From Paraphysomonas bandaiensis (Eukaryota > Protista > Chrysophyceae), in contig CBFFRP010000425.1 of the NCBI GenBank assembly GCA_965644295.1, positions 1 through 64,000 on the forward strand: a DNA stretch of 64,000 nucleotides, written 5' to 3'. Of this stretch, positions 36,943 to 47,238 are shown in pieces (positions within the stretch are counted from its first letter, which is position 1; each line of letters opens with the position of its first letter). A program made the position numbers and the translations under genes. The notes below the pieces were generated by a model. The model saw only the letters and a program-made list of their open reading frames with translations. It did not search any database and was not told where the DNA came from.

Positions 36943-38154
36943 ATGTCTTCTAGAGACCGACAGTTAGGTGGGCCTGATAACTTCATGCACATGGCTGACC
37001 CGCGCGCGACATTTGCCTTTAATCATCCCAATTATATTGGCGCACACGAATCACAAACTTACGGTGACCATGACGTTCTCTCACTGCGTCCTGTTATTTT
37101 ACCTGAAAATAAAGTTATACTCGCCCCTTTGAATGAATCAGACAATGCTCGGTTAATACAGATTTCCAACCGACGTTGTAGAGAGAGAGACTCTGCGGAT
37201 GCCTCTATTTCTAGAGGAAGTGTAATACTTGTGCAGCTGATGAAACCAGAGTACTCATCCGTACCATTGACATATATTGACAGCCCGGCGCAGGACTCTT
37301 CTCTAAACATTCCACAGAAGTTGATAAGTCCGAGATATCTGTCAATGACGTCTCCGGAGTCCTATCGTGTGCAGATAAGTGCTGGATCGAGGACAGAGCG
37401 AAACCGGAAATTCAGTAGGAATGTTAAGAATGAGCTAGACGCACTGTGGTTATGTGAGTACGCACTCATATATTTGAACCGCCCCACTGCTTTTGAGGAC
37501 ATAATCGCGAAAGGGAACTACCAATGTCTACAGCAGCGCAAGATTGTTGATTCTGTTGCAGACTTCGGGAACAAATTGCATAATTTTCTGCCAGACTTTC
37601 AGCTTCGAGGGCTGCTTAAACATGTGGAGTATGAGGCTGTGGCCGAGACTCTTCAGTTGTATGTCCCCTATATCATGTCCCACCCGAATTATCATAGTTC
37701 CCCCCGTGAGGTGGGTGTTGATGTGGTAGGAGTCATTGCCCCTGCTGGAGAGAAAAAACGCAAGAGGGCAAGTGCGAAGAAAGCCCCAAACAACAACGAT
37801 GGGCTTCAAAGAGAAAAGAATGAGTCGGAACGGTCAGGTGTGTCTGGGACGGATATGTGGGCTCCTAGTGAGGAATATACTGGAAGATGGGACGTCTCCT
37901 CTACCAGCAGCTTTGATGAAGCGCCGCCGCAGCCATCTGCAAATACTCCGGCGGAGTACAACAGATACGCGGGCGGTGTAAATATGCCATTGAGCAGTCT
38001 ACTCAACCATATCAATCAGCATCAAATTCCACAACAGGAAACCCAAGGCAACGACGCATCGGCGCTATTACAGGCGGCCGAAACGATGTCACGCATACAT
38101 TCTGTTCCCGATCTGGGGCCTGATGTCGAACCGGAGGACACTCGCGAAATATAG
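36943..38154 (+). CDS. Hypothetical nuclear protein, possible divergent AP2-like DNA-binding domain
   Basis: 403-aa single-exon ORF; RYLS..YRVQISAG..KFSRNV.NELDALWLCEYAL pattern; KKRKR NLS-like segment. Confidence 0.6.
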   Translation: MSSRDRQLGGPDNFMHMADPRATFAFNHPNYIGAHESQTYGDHDVLSLRPVILPENKVILAPLNESDNARLIQISNRRCRERDSADASISRGSVILVQLMKPEYSSVPLTYIDSPAQDSSLNIPQKLISPRYLSMTSPESYRVQISAGSRTERNRKFSRNVKNELDALWLCEYALIYLNRPTAFEDIIAKGNYQCLQQRKIVDSVADFGNKLHNFLPDFQLRGLLKHVEYEAVAETLQLYVPYIMSHPNYHSSPREVGVDVVGVIAPAGEKKRKRASAKKAPNNNDGLQREKNESERSGVSGTDMWAPSEEYTGRWDVSSTSSFDEAPPQPSANTPAEYNRYAGGVNMPLSSLLNHINQHQIPQQETQGNDASALLQAAETMSRIHSVPDLGPDVEPEDTREI

Positions 38155-39991
38155 CTTTTTTGCTTTTGTATCGTGCTGTCGAAGACCATATGAGAGTTTC
38201 TGTTTTTTGCCTATGCTACCATACAGTGAGTTTTTTCGACATCTTTAATATTAGTACGTAGATAACACATCGCCATTTACCACCGTGATATATACACATG
38301 GTAAATGCAGTACTTTTTTTTTTACATTACAGGGTGAATTATTTCGTTCTTCCTGACTATTTACTCAACTATATGTTTCACAACTATGAAGTATATACTT
38401 GAACATTGTTTCTGTTTGAGCAGATATCTCATAATATACGTAATGTCTGAATTGAATTATATATATATAATACTGCTTGCAGTTACACTTCCTGTGCTTT
38501 GTGATATAGGTCATAACATTCACTATGATACCTACATTCAAAAAGTAACTTAAGAATATGCCTCATTAGAATTTAGAATATCAATATTCATCGGGCTGAG
38601 TTTCTGAAGTGCAGGGACGGAATACAGACTTAGTATCAACAGTGAACATTTGACTGCCGCAGTTACATGCAGAGTATAACGAACCTCTAAATTACATATT
38701 ACATGTCTTTTCATTTTTGTTCCTCTTCCATCTTACGTAAGAAATAAATCCATTTGTCGTCATGTGATGTGTGTATGTACTTCTTTCCTCATTGTGTGTC
38801 GTATGAAAAGATTGCAGTAGCACAACATACAATTTTTGATTCGAATGAAAGGTTAGTCGCTTTGAACCTCCAAATGCAAGAGCTAGCTAATTGATGTTGA
38901 GTATTATGAACGAAAGAAGTATGAAAAGTATGCGAATATAGTTAACATTTAAAATGAAGATCATTATAGAGCAAATATAGACATTTATTACGCTGCAGTA
39001 AATAGTAGATATATGTAGCATGAGATATCTACATACCAAGGAAGGTCAGAACTACATTGTACATCCTTTCGATAGTGGTAACTTACATTTCACTTAACTA
39101 ATTATGTATGAATAGATGTCTTTTTACCCATAAATACAAATACCTATTTCTGGTATTGTGTAATTCAGCTAAAGCTTGTGCCTAATTTCTTATAGTATTG
39201 GTGATGGCCACACCGGTGACTGCCTTGGTCAGTGCATTGATAAGTATCTCTTTTCTTTGACTGTATGATATTCACACGTGATGGGTTACAAGTTGTAATT
39301 GCATAAGTTTATTCAGGGTTTCGAAATAGTAGACGTTTTGAATGTCAACTGCAATCAGACGTTCCATTGTGGGGTTACGCACCCATCAATTTATATCTCT
39401 AGTCGGGAAAGCAATTAGAAAACATATGCTAAGGCAGTGCCAGATCATAAATACCCCCTTTGATATTGAAGAATAATTAGCAATATGCAGAAACACCCTA
39501 CCTCTAACCCATACCCTTCACGAGTACACATACTTACTCACAATCATACTAATATGAGTACAAAGGAATGTCACTGTTCAACACTGCCTTATTTAGTTAT
39601 TACCCTGGCCTGCCTTTCACAGAATATACACTCAAATCAACGGATGAACTACTATGCCGCCTTCTACTCGTATACCTGGTATAGCCTTATATTGGAATAT
39701 TAGGATGATAAGCATGGCTGGAATGGCGTGGACGAGGAAACTTCAAGCAAAGGGAGTGGTGGAATCTGCGCACATATACAGTACTATACAGTATATACTC
39801 TAGCAACCAGCATCTTTACAGTAAACCCAAAATCTCTGATTTATAGATATGCATATCTAAAATACTGGAGAATTCGGGGACATACCGCAGCATACAGTAG
39901 TATGCACAGCAGCTCATTGCTTATATATATCAGTATGGGTAAAGTAGACCAGCATCGTATGACAAGGGGTTGACTGTGCGTAGCATAGAGT

Positions 39992-40572
39992 ATGGAATGT
40001 GGGAACAATGCGGCTGAATGCAACAGTCCGGCTAAATCTGTTTCTCTACTTTCAAGGCGCAAAAAGTTTGCGCTGTATGAGACAATCAGCTTAGATGATC
40101 GCTCTATTTATCATCAGATTTCATGTTTACCGATTTCCAAGGCAGCAGAAGGTTTTTTGTGTGAACAATTTTTTACTTACTTTTTCAGCTGTGTGCAGAT
40201 GACATGGAACTCGTTTCCGATATAGTGACCTGGGGAGAGGTATACCTCGACCATTGGGAGGGTGGACTGTATTGTTGCTCTCGATGCTATACCCCGCTTT
40301 ACAGAAGTGGAGATAAATGGAAAGGTCCATGTGTATGGCCAAGTTTTCGACGAGCTCTTAACCCCAATGCGGTTCACACAAGGGTAGTTTCACAGTATAA
40401 CTCCTACGTCTGCACAGTGAAAGAGGTTTATTGCGCCAAGTGTCTGTTATTTATTGGACACCAATTTGAAGATGGTAAAGAGAAGGGGGATACTCATCCC
40501 GACGCACAGTGGCGTCACTGACTATTATCGATGTCTCTTGTATTTTACAATAACGAATGTCCTACAAGTTAA
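39992..40572 (+). CDS. msrB: Methionine-R-sulfoxide reductase, selenocysteine form (exons 39992-40151, 40199-40572; in-frame TGA 40519-40521)
   Basis: GLYCCSRC..PLY.S..K, GPCVWPSF, EVYCAKC..FIGHQFEDG. The frame then reads RH-TGA-LLSMSLVF, matching the RxC/U-xxSxSLxF catalytic motif, and ends at TAA 40570-40572. Confidence 0.88.
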
Positions 40573-40577
40573 AATTC

Positions 40578-40656
40578 TGGAGCAAATGGAATGACGACGC
40601 TCATTGATGGATGCTATTTCTGCATCTCCAATGGGTTCTGAATAATTTTGCTTCCA
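40578..40656 (+). promoter_or_regulatory. SECIS-like element (type II-like, non-canonical apical loop)
   Basis: Helix I tggagcaaa/tttgcttcca; core ATGA (40591-40594) opposite TGAA (40639-40642); helix II gacgctcattg/caatgggttc; apical mini-stem ggatgc/gcatct. Confidence 0.75.
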
Positions 40657-41442
40657 AATAATAGTTAGTAATAGTAACGGCTAGAGTAGAGGTGAAATTA
40701 TGCTTATGTGTATTAATTAGTAACAACCGTCATGATGAGAAGTGATTATTCTTATCATTTTTCACCGTCAAAAGTTCATGTCTTCCTATGCCCCTTAATT
40801 TATGATATTGATACTCTTGTTTCAATACGCAACTTAAAATTAGATCCACTATACTTCTCTAATATGGTATTAAGCTGAACTTTTACAGATACTTACTATT
40901 TACTCAAATTCTACATCTGCTACTTTATGCCCTTTTTGAAGACTGTAATCACTTCTCATTCATGTGTTGCACCCATGTATCCCGAAGTGTTTGATTTGAT
41001 CCTAATATACTAATATAAGTACCATATTTTCTTACTAATAGCTATATAGTAGTAGAGTTACGGAATGCGAGGCAGGTTAACTTCAGCGAAATGTTCGATT
41101 AAAACAGACTACCATAGTGTAATAAGAGACATTTTATATTCACAACGAAATACTAAATATTAATCGCTGAAACTTATTCCAGTGTCAGTTTCATATTTGT
41201 TTCAGAATTACCTAAAATATGAAGAATAAGTGTATGCACGTAATTCGACGATTCTATTTATTATGACCCTATTCAAATAATGTATATGTGCAATAATGAT
41301 CCGATTTAGAGTTAATGTCCAATCACGAACGTATAAATCATTTCAGACTATTCAAAAGTATCTGTAATGCAAAGACTAAACTAAAAGAATAAAGACATGC
41401 AGTAATATGACGTATGAGATGGAGCATATAGTTATCATTCTG

Positions 41443-41706
41443 TCACTTACTCACATCTAGTTCAGTGATATTTTTACGATGCTGTTCACGTAACTCTGCG
41501 CATACTTTCTCTCTCTTGTCGCTCAGCACATTTCTACGCGATTCTAGTCGTTGTTTTTCAGCTCTTAATCGCCACAAGTTTTCATTACTCTTCTCCTCAA
41601 CCGAAAGCCCTTTAATGGGTGTAACAGTTGAGCTATCTAAGTACGACGATAACAGCGACGGCTTATCAATGCCTTTTACTTCACCTTTATTAGTGTTGGC
41701 TCTCAT
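41443..41706 (-). CDS. Small coiled-coil hypothetical protein (probably spliced at its 3' end)
   Basis: 87-aa ORF with heptad-like charged sequence and a gtgagt donor-like site near the end. Confidence 0.4.
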   Translation of the reverse strand: MRANTNKGEVKGIDKPSLLSSYLDSSTVTPIKGLSVEEKSNENLWRLRAEKQRLESRRNVLSDKREKVCAELREQHRKNITELDVSK

Positions 41707-41922
41707 TCCCTTTCTATGATCGAGAAATACAGATACTGTACGTGTTCACGTGCCTACATTTTGCGAATAGGCATAAATATATATGGGTTCCCGTTTTCAT
41801 CTTCATATCGTAGGAACCTACGACAATGTACGTGCATTTTTGCAGAATTCTGTATACACTCTGTACATGTCCATACGTGTATACTGTTGTATACACTGAC
41901 AAAAGCAGTCGACATCCGTATC

Positions 41923-42809
41923 ATGTATGTATGTATGTATGTATGTATGTATGTATGTATGTATGTATGTATGTATGTATGTATGTATGTATGTATGTAT
42001 GTATGTATGTATGTATGTACTTATGTATGTATGTATGTATGTATGTACTTATGTATGTATGTATGTATGTATGTATGTATGTATGTATGTATGTATGTAT
42101 GTATGTATGCACGCATGTACGCATGCATGTATGTATGTATTTATGTACGTATGTATGTATGTATTTATGTATGTATGTATGTATGTATGTATGTATGTAT
42201 GTATGTATGTACGTATGTTATGTATGTATGTATGTATGTATGTATGTATGTATGTATGTTTGTATGTATGTATGTATGTATGTATGTATGTATGTACGTA
42301 CGTATAGTATGTATGTATGTATGTATGTATGTATGTATGTATGTATGTATGTGTATGTATGTATGTATGTATGTATGTATGTATGTATGTATGTATGTAT
42401 GTATGTATGTATGTATGTATGTATGTATGTATGTATGTATGTATGTATGTATGTATGTATGTATGTATGTATGTATGTATGTATGTATGTATGTATGTAT
42501 GTATGTATGTATGTATGTATGTATGTATGTATGTATGTATGTATGTATGTATGTATGTATGTATGTATGTATGTATGTATGTATGTATGTATGTATGTAT
42601 GTATGTATGTATGTATGTATGTATGTATGTATGTATGTATGTATGTATGTATGTATGTATGTATGTATGTATGTATGTATGTATGTATGTATGTATGTAT
42701 GTATGTATGTATGTATGTATGTATGTATGTATGTATGTATGTATGTATGTATGTATGTATGTATGTATGTATGTATGTATGTATGTATGTATGTATGTAT
42801 GTATGTATG
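41923..42809. repeat. (TATG)n microsatellite array, ~890 bp, degenerate at the left end
   Basis: Directly visible. Confidence 0.99.
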
Positions 42810-43194
42810 AATATGTAGATTTTCTATGGAATTTTGGAGAGGGGTGTTTGGAACTCCTGGATGAGTACACGGCATACCGGCTACACTCCATATTAGCGGC
42901 TACATACAGTACAGGGTTGGAGTATCTGTGTGACATATGCAGGCAGATAGATATGTGGGTATGTCTGCATGCTGATGTGAGAGGGATGTGCATGTAGATG
43001 GATCATGCACTCACCATGATATAAGATCTGCACTATCATGACACACCTCATCCCTCCTACGACTACACAGATAGTCTAATCTATCCACATGACGGCAGAT
43101 GTCTCCTGTGTGTGTGTGTATACTGCAAGGGCCCTCTAGACATATATATACATAGATATATAGACATACATACTCCTATAGACGACCATAGAGT

Positions 43195-45618
43195 ATGGAG
43201 GACCACTTGACTGTCAACAACATCTCATCCAAACATCGACTTATTGCTGAAGAAATACAAGATCTATCAGAGAGTGTATTCTCTGTATGGGATCGTTATG
43301 ATGAGGGGGTCGTCTACTCTGATGATATACTGCACTCTACAGGTGTAGACGATGAAGAGTTTGGATTGGCTTTAGCTCGTATATTAGGAAATGATAATTG
43401 CGGTCGGATATATAAAGAGAATCTTGAGAACTGCTTGAAGATTCTGCTGTATGGTAACATGGAGTCTAAAGTCAAGATATTTGTGGATTTCATGACTCGA
43501 GATGCATCAGGAAACATATCACAAGAGACAGTGTTGCATTACTTAAAGGTTGCTGATGGAAGATTTCTGTCTAGACTTGGTTTGGTCGATGGTACTGGAG
43601 CGAAGCGCTCTCTGAAGTACGATGACGTTCTGCTTTTGTTTCAGCGATCTGAACGAGGCATGGATACAATTAATACTTTTTGCAAGCAAATTTTGAGAGT
43701 TTTAACAAAACACACTGGTAATAAAAAGGCAAAGTCCTTCTTTCAGCCTCCTGAGTCATTTAGTTGGAGCATATATACCGATGATATATTTCGAATTCTC
43801 CGTCTTCAGGTCTCAGGCCCGAGAATGTACAAAGCCTTCTTAGCTTGTCTCCAAATATTCCTCTGGCTGTATAATTTCAACTATTACCTTTCCACTCGCC
43901 ATGCACTCTCATTTTGTGTTGCCAAAGGGTTCGGACTGAATCTTCGTGTATTGACGCTGATTTTGTATTTTAGTATGGCTCGTAGTACGCTCAATATGCT
44001 CCACAATTTACGAATGCTGAAGCCGGTACTATTCGTTGGGTTTCATATCAACTTGCACTCGTATTGTGGGTTTTGTACTGCACTACATGCTATCGGTCAC
44101 GCCGTTTCTCATGTGGTGTACCAGACCATGCATCGGGAGGGTGGAATTGTGCAGTCTTTCAAGCAGCGTTCCCTCCTCCGGTTATTGGTTTTGGGTCGGT
44201 GGGACCAGTATGACTCCTCAGTACTTGATGGGGACGCAATTACTGGAACTATATTGTTAGCAATGATTATTGTAATGACTTGCACGGCACTTCTGCGCGG
44301 GCTTGGGTCGTGGTGGTACTCTCTCTTTAGCAACACACACCTTCTCTATGTAGGATGGATAATTTTCATCGCACTGCACGTACCAACATTGTGGCCCTAT
44401 TTTCTATCCATTACACTTCTAATGCTGCTTGATCGTGGCTACGATACCTTTTTGCTCACTCTACACTCTACGCTAGCCTTCAGCCGTCCCTGCAGTGGTG
44501 GTGTTACATTTCTGTCTATCCCGTATACTCAGCACAATCCACATCCTGGGGCGTACTATCGTATCAAGGTTCCGTCCATATCTGCAGTAGAGTGGCACCC
44601 TTTTTCTCTAGCTGGCAGTAAATCATCTTATCACCTTACATTCTTTGCAGCGTCATCAGGAGACTGGACACGACGTCTATACGACCTTGTTTCTGATCCG
44701 ACGGCCAGGGTTGCTGCGCGTGTACAGGTTTGTTAGGATTAATATTAAGGGGAAATGTAACTCATACTATTTAGGTTCAAGGACCGTTTTATGCTCCCGC
44801 AAAGGATGCACTTAGACATCCCACGGCCTCTGTACTGCTAGTGGCAAGTGGGATAGGTATTACCCCATTTTTTAGTGTTATCGCCACTAAAGTGACTGAT
44901 GAATATGTACACGAATCTGGTGAGTAGATGTACCATGTTAAACGCTTATGTTTACGTAGCGACATTGTCGCTTGCAGACAGAGAACTGTATGAAGATTTG
45001 TTTGATGAAGGCGTAATGACACGGGGGGAGAGCTCATCCGCATTTGACTCACTTTTACTGGATAGGCCAGGTGCTGCAACCAACTCCGCAGATGACGTCA
45101 AAACCTTGCGGTTGGTCTGGACAATTCGGGATGCCCTACAACTCATGTTTTATCTCGACTATGTCTACCACCTTGTCAAACATCAAAGCCATTTGCGGAC
45201 TCCAGTAGTTCATGTTGATGTTTACTTGACTGGACTTGGTTCTCGAACGGACCCGGAGCATATGGTCGCGCAAACACTATTTCTACTCTGTGTGTCTGGT
45301 CAATTGAGTGACAATATGACGATACACTTTGGGAGACCTAATATAAAGAAAATAGTGAGGGATATTGATCCTGATGAAGTGTATTACTGTGGTGGAAACG
45401 TGCTTGGCGAAACTGTGAACGAAGTATGTAACGATGCTAACGTGACGTTTAAAGCCGAAAGCTTTGATACAAGTGACAACAGCATCGCTAAAAGTCTTTC
45501 CAAGTTTCTTTTTCCTCCTAAATCTAGCAAACTATCGTTTTCTCATGCAAAAACGAGGGCAGAGTCGTATTCATCGGGGTATTATTCGTACACCAAGAAG
45601 CATTCATCTCTTTGGTGA
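43195..45618 (+). CDS. NADPH oxidase (RBOH/NOX5-like, degenerate EF hands) (exons 43195-44727, 44775-44919, ~44960/44978-45618)
   Basis: EF-hand-like N-terminus; AKGFG; heme His pairs (LHSYCG..LHAIGH; THLLY..LH); EWHPFSL, GDWTRRL, VQGPF, SGIGITPF, HFGRP, YYCG, ESF. Confidence 0.9.
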
Positions 45619-45914
45619 ATATTATTTTTGTAGAGTAGTTGCGAATTGTTAATATATCCGTAATTAAAATAGAAACATCATTTTATCGTTAGAAAATGAA
45701 TGCAGCATTGTGCCTTTATTTTATACCTTTCACCAGGGCTGTGTATCAAGTAATTGTCAATTATTGAAATTGGGACAACAAATCATGATTACAATTACAA
45801 TAATAGATTCCAGCTTGCTTCAGATTAATTGATTTTAAAAATACCATCTATTTGTCATGTTGTTTATAAAAAGCAGCATTTGTGTTGTTATAAAACCCGA
45901 AGATTGTTCAAAGA

Positions 45915-46404
45915 CCCACAACAAAGTCGGACTCGCACCTTTTCGTGGTGTCCTGGGGATAGTACCGGAAAGATTCTCTCTCTGGGAACTAGCGTGAGCC
46001 ACAAACATAGTCAGCAGATATTCTTCTGCAAACTCATACCGAAATGCTTGTGTGGTACAAGGGCCACCAATAAGTGTCACTTGTGTAGACGTCTTTGGGC
46101 CCTGACGAATAAACAGGCATCCGGGAATGGGCCCACCTCAAGGGTAACCGGGTTATTGGGCTGCCTGCTGAAGTCAAGCATCCAAGATGTTCGCCTTAAG
46201 AACTCAGAGCGGAAGTGTCACCATCGCACCTTGGTGCTTGCGACGACGCACAAGCAGCTTCCGTAGCGTTACTTAGTAGGATAAAACAAGTGTGTACTGA
46301 TTAGTTACAGGTAGAGGTCTAACTAGTTTGTCTAGCATTAATCTAGCTACTAAGTTGGTGCAGATTTTTAACGCCTATTTATTGCTAATAATAAGACTTT
46401 CAAT
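45915..46404 (+). mobile_element. Full-length ~490-bp non-autonomous retroposon (SINE/SIDER-like)
   Basis: 12-bp TSD attgttc(a/g)aaga at 45903-45914 and 46405-46416; starts ccc; ends tgctaataataagactttcaat. Confidence 0.9.
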
Positions 46405-46547
46405 ATTGTTCGAAGACAAAGCGGTAACCGCGAAAATAAAAATGAAACAACGAAGACGTGTCATTAGAGACGTGGCAATGCCGGGAGTGCCTTGTAGAGA
46501 AAAGTGTTCTGTCTGAGAGTCAAAAGAAGGGATATGGGTGAAGCAAC

Positions 46548-46688
46548 CAATTATTTAGCGTTAAGAAACTTCTTGTAAGTCACCGCAAGCACCAAGGTGC
46601 AACTCCATTTGCTCTATCGCTCAAAGCAAATGCCTTGTGTGAACAAGCAGGTTGTTGGTATACTTTTGACATCTGCTTACTTCAGGGG
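46548..46688 (-). mobile_element. Fragment of the retroposon family, older subfamily
   Basis: Reverse complement reads cctgaagtaagcagatgtc...gcaccttggtgcttgcggtgac. Confidence 0.75.
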
Positions 46689-47238
46689 CTATTTGTTTCT
46701 ATCTAGTCACTTGCGATCATGCGGGTTGGTTCTGACGTGATAAGCGTCTAATTCCAAGTGAAATAGAGCACGCCAAAGGACGACTTGAAATTCTTTCAAA
46801 GTGACAACGAAGTCTCACTTACCCCGACGGAAAACGATTAAAAATAATAAAAGTGAGAGTATAGTTCAGAATGACTACACTGCTCAACGTTTGATGGTAA
46901 CAAGCAGCGGATACCACAGCATGAAGCCCGTGCTAACATGTATTTCACATATTATAGTGCCAATCTTGTTATAGCCCTTTATCCATTCCGAATTTTCGGT
47001 GTAAAAAAGTGATAAAATGCAATCCCATGATATACACAGCATCATTTAACTACTGTATTAGTTATTCAATAGCCACACTAGGGATAATTCTTATTATAAC
47101 GATATAAAAAGTACTATATATCCGCGCCGCATATTATATATGCTGCGAGCATACATCTAGATAATATACATATCGCAAGCTCTTGAAAAGCCCAACAGTT
47201 CGGCAGGTAATATCAATAACGCCATGGCGAGTGTAAAT

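Larger units (their letters stand above)
45734..46915 (-). mobile_element. Diverged hAT-like family A copy (opposite orientation to 33514-34732) carrying two retroposon insertions
   Basis: TIR cagggctgtgtatcaag. 46441-46540, 46690-46765 and 46860-46915 match the reverse complement of 34340-34435, 34120-34190 and 33775-33825. Confidence 0.8.

Noticed and set aside
40519-40521. Genome-wide UGA reassignment, or an MsrB pseudogene
   Set aside because: TGA ends other genes normally. The exact catalytic position, intact downstream motif and adjacent SECIS-like hairpin favour selenocysteine.
46096-46140. CTGACGA in the retroposon core as a hammerhead ribozyme
   Set aside because: No stem II followed by GAAA and no stem III/NUH site; only a tgggccc/gggccca hairpin.
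45829-46266. 145-aa ORF, with a similar 81-aa ORF at 59572-59817 (KCHLCRRLWAL)
   Set aside because: The similarity comes from the repeat itself. Start sites differ and indels break the frame in other copies.
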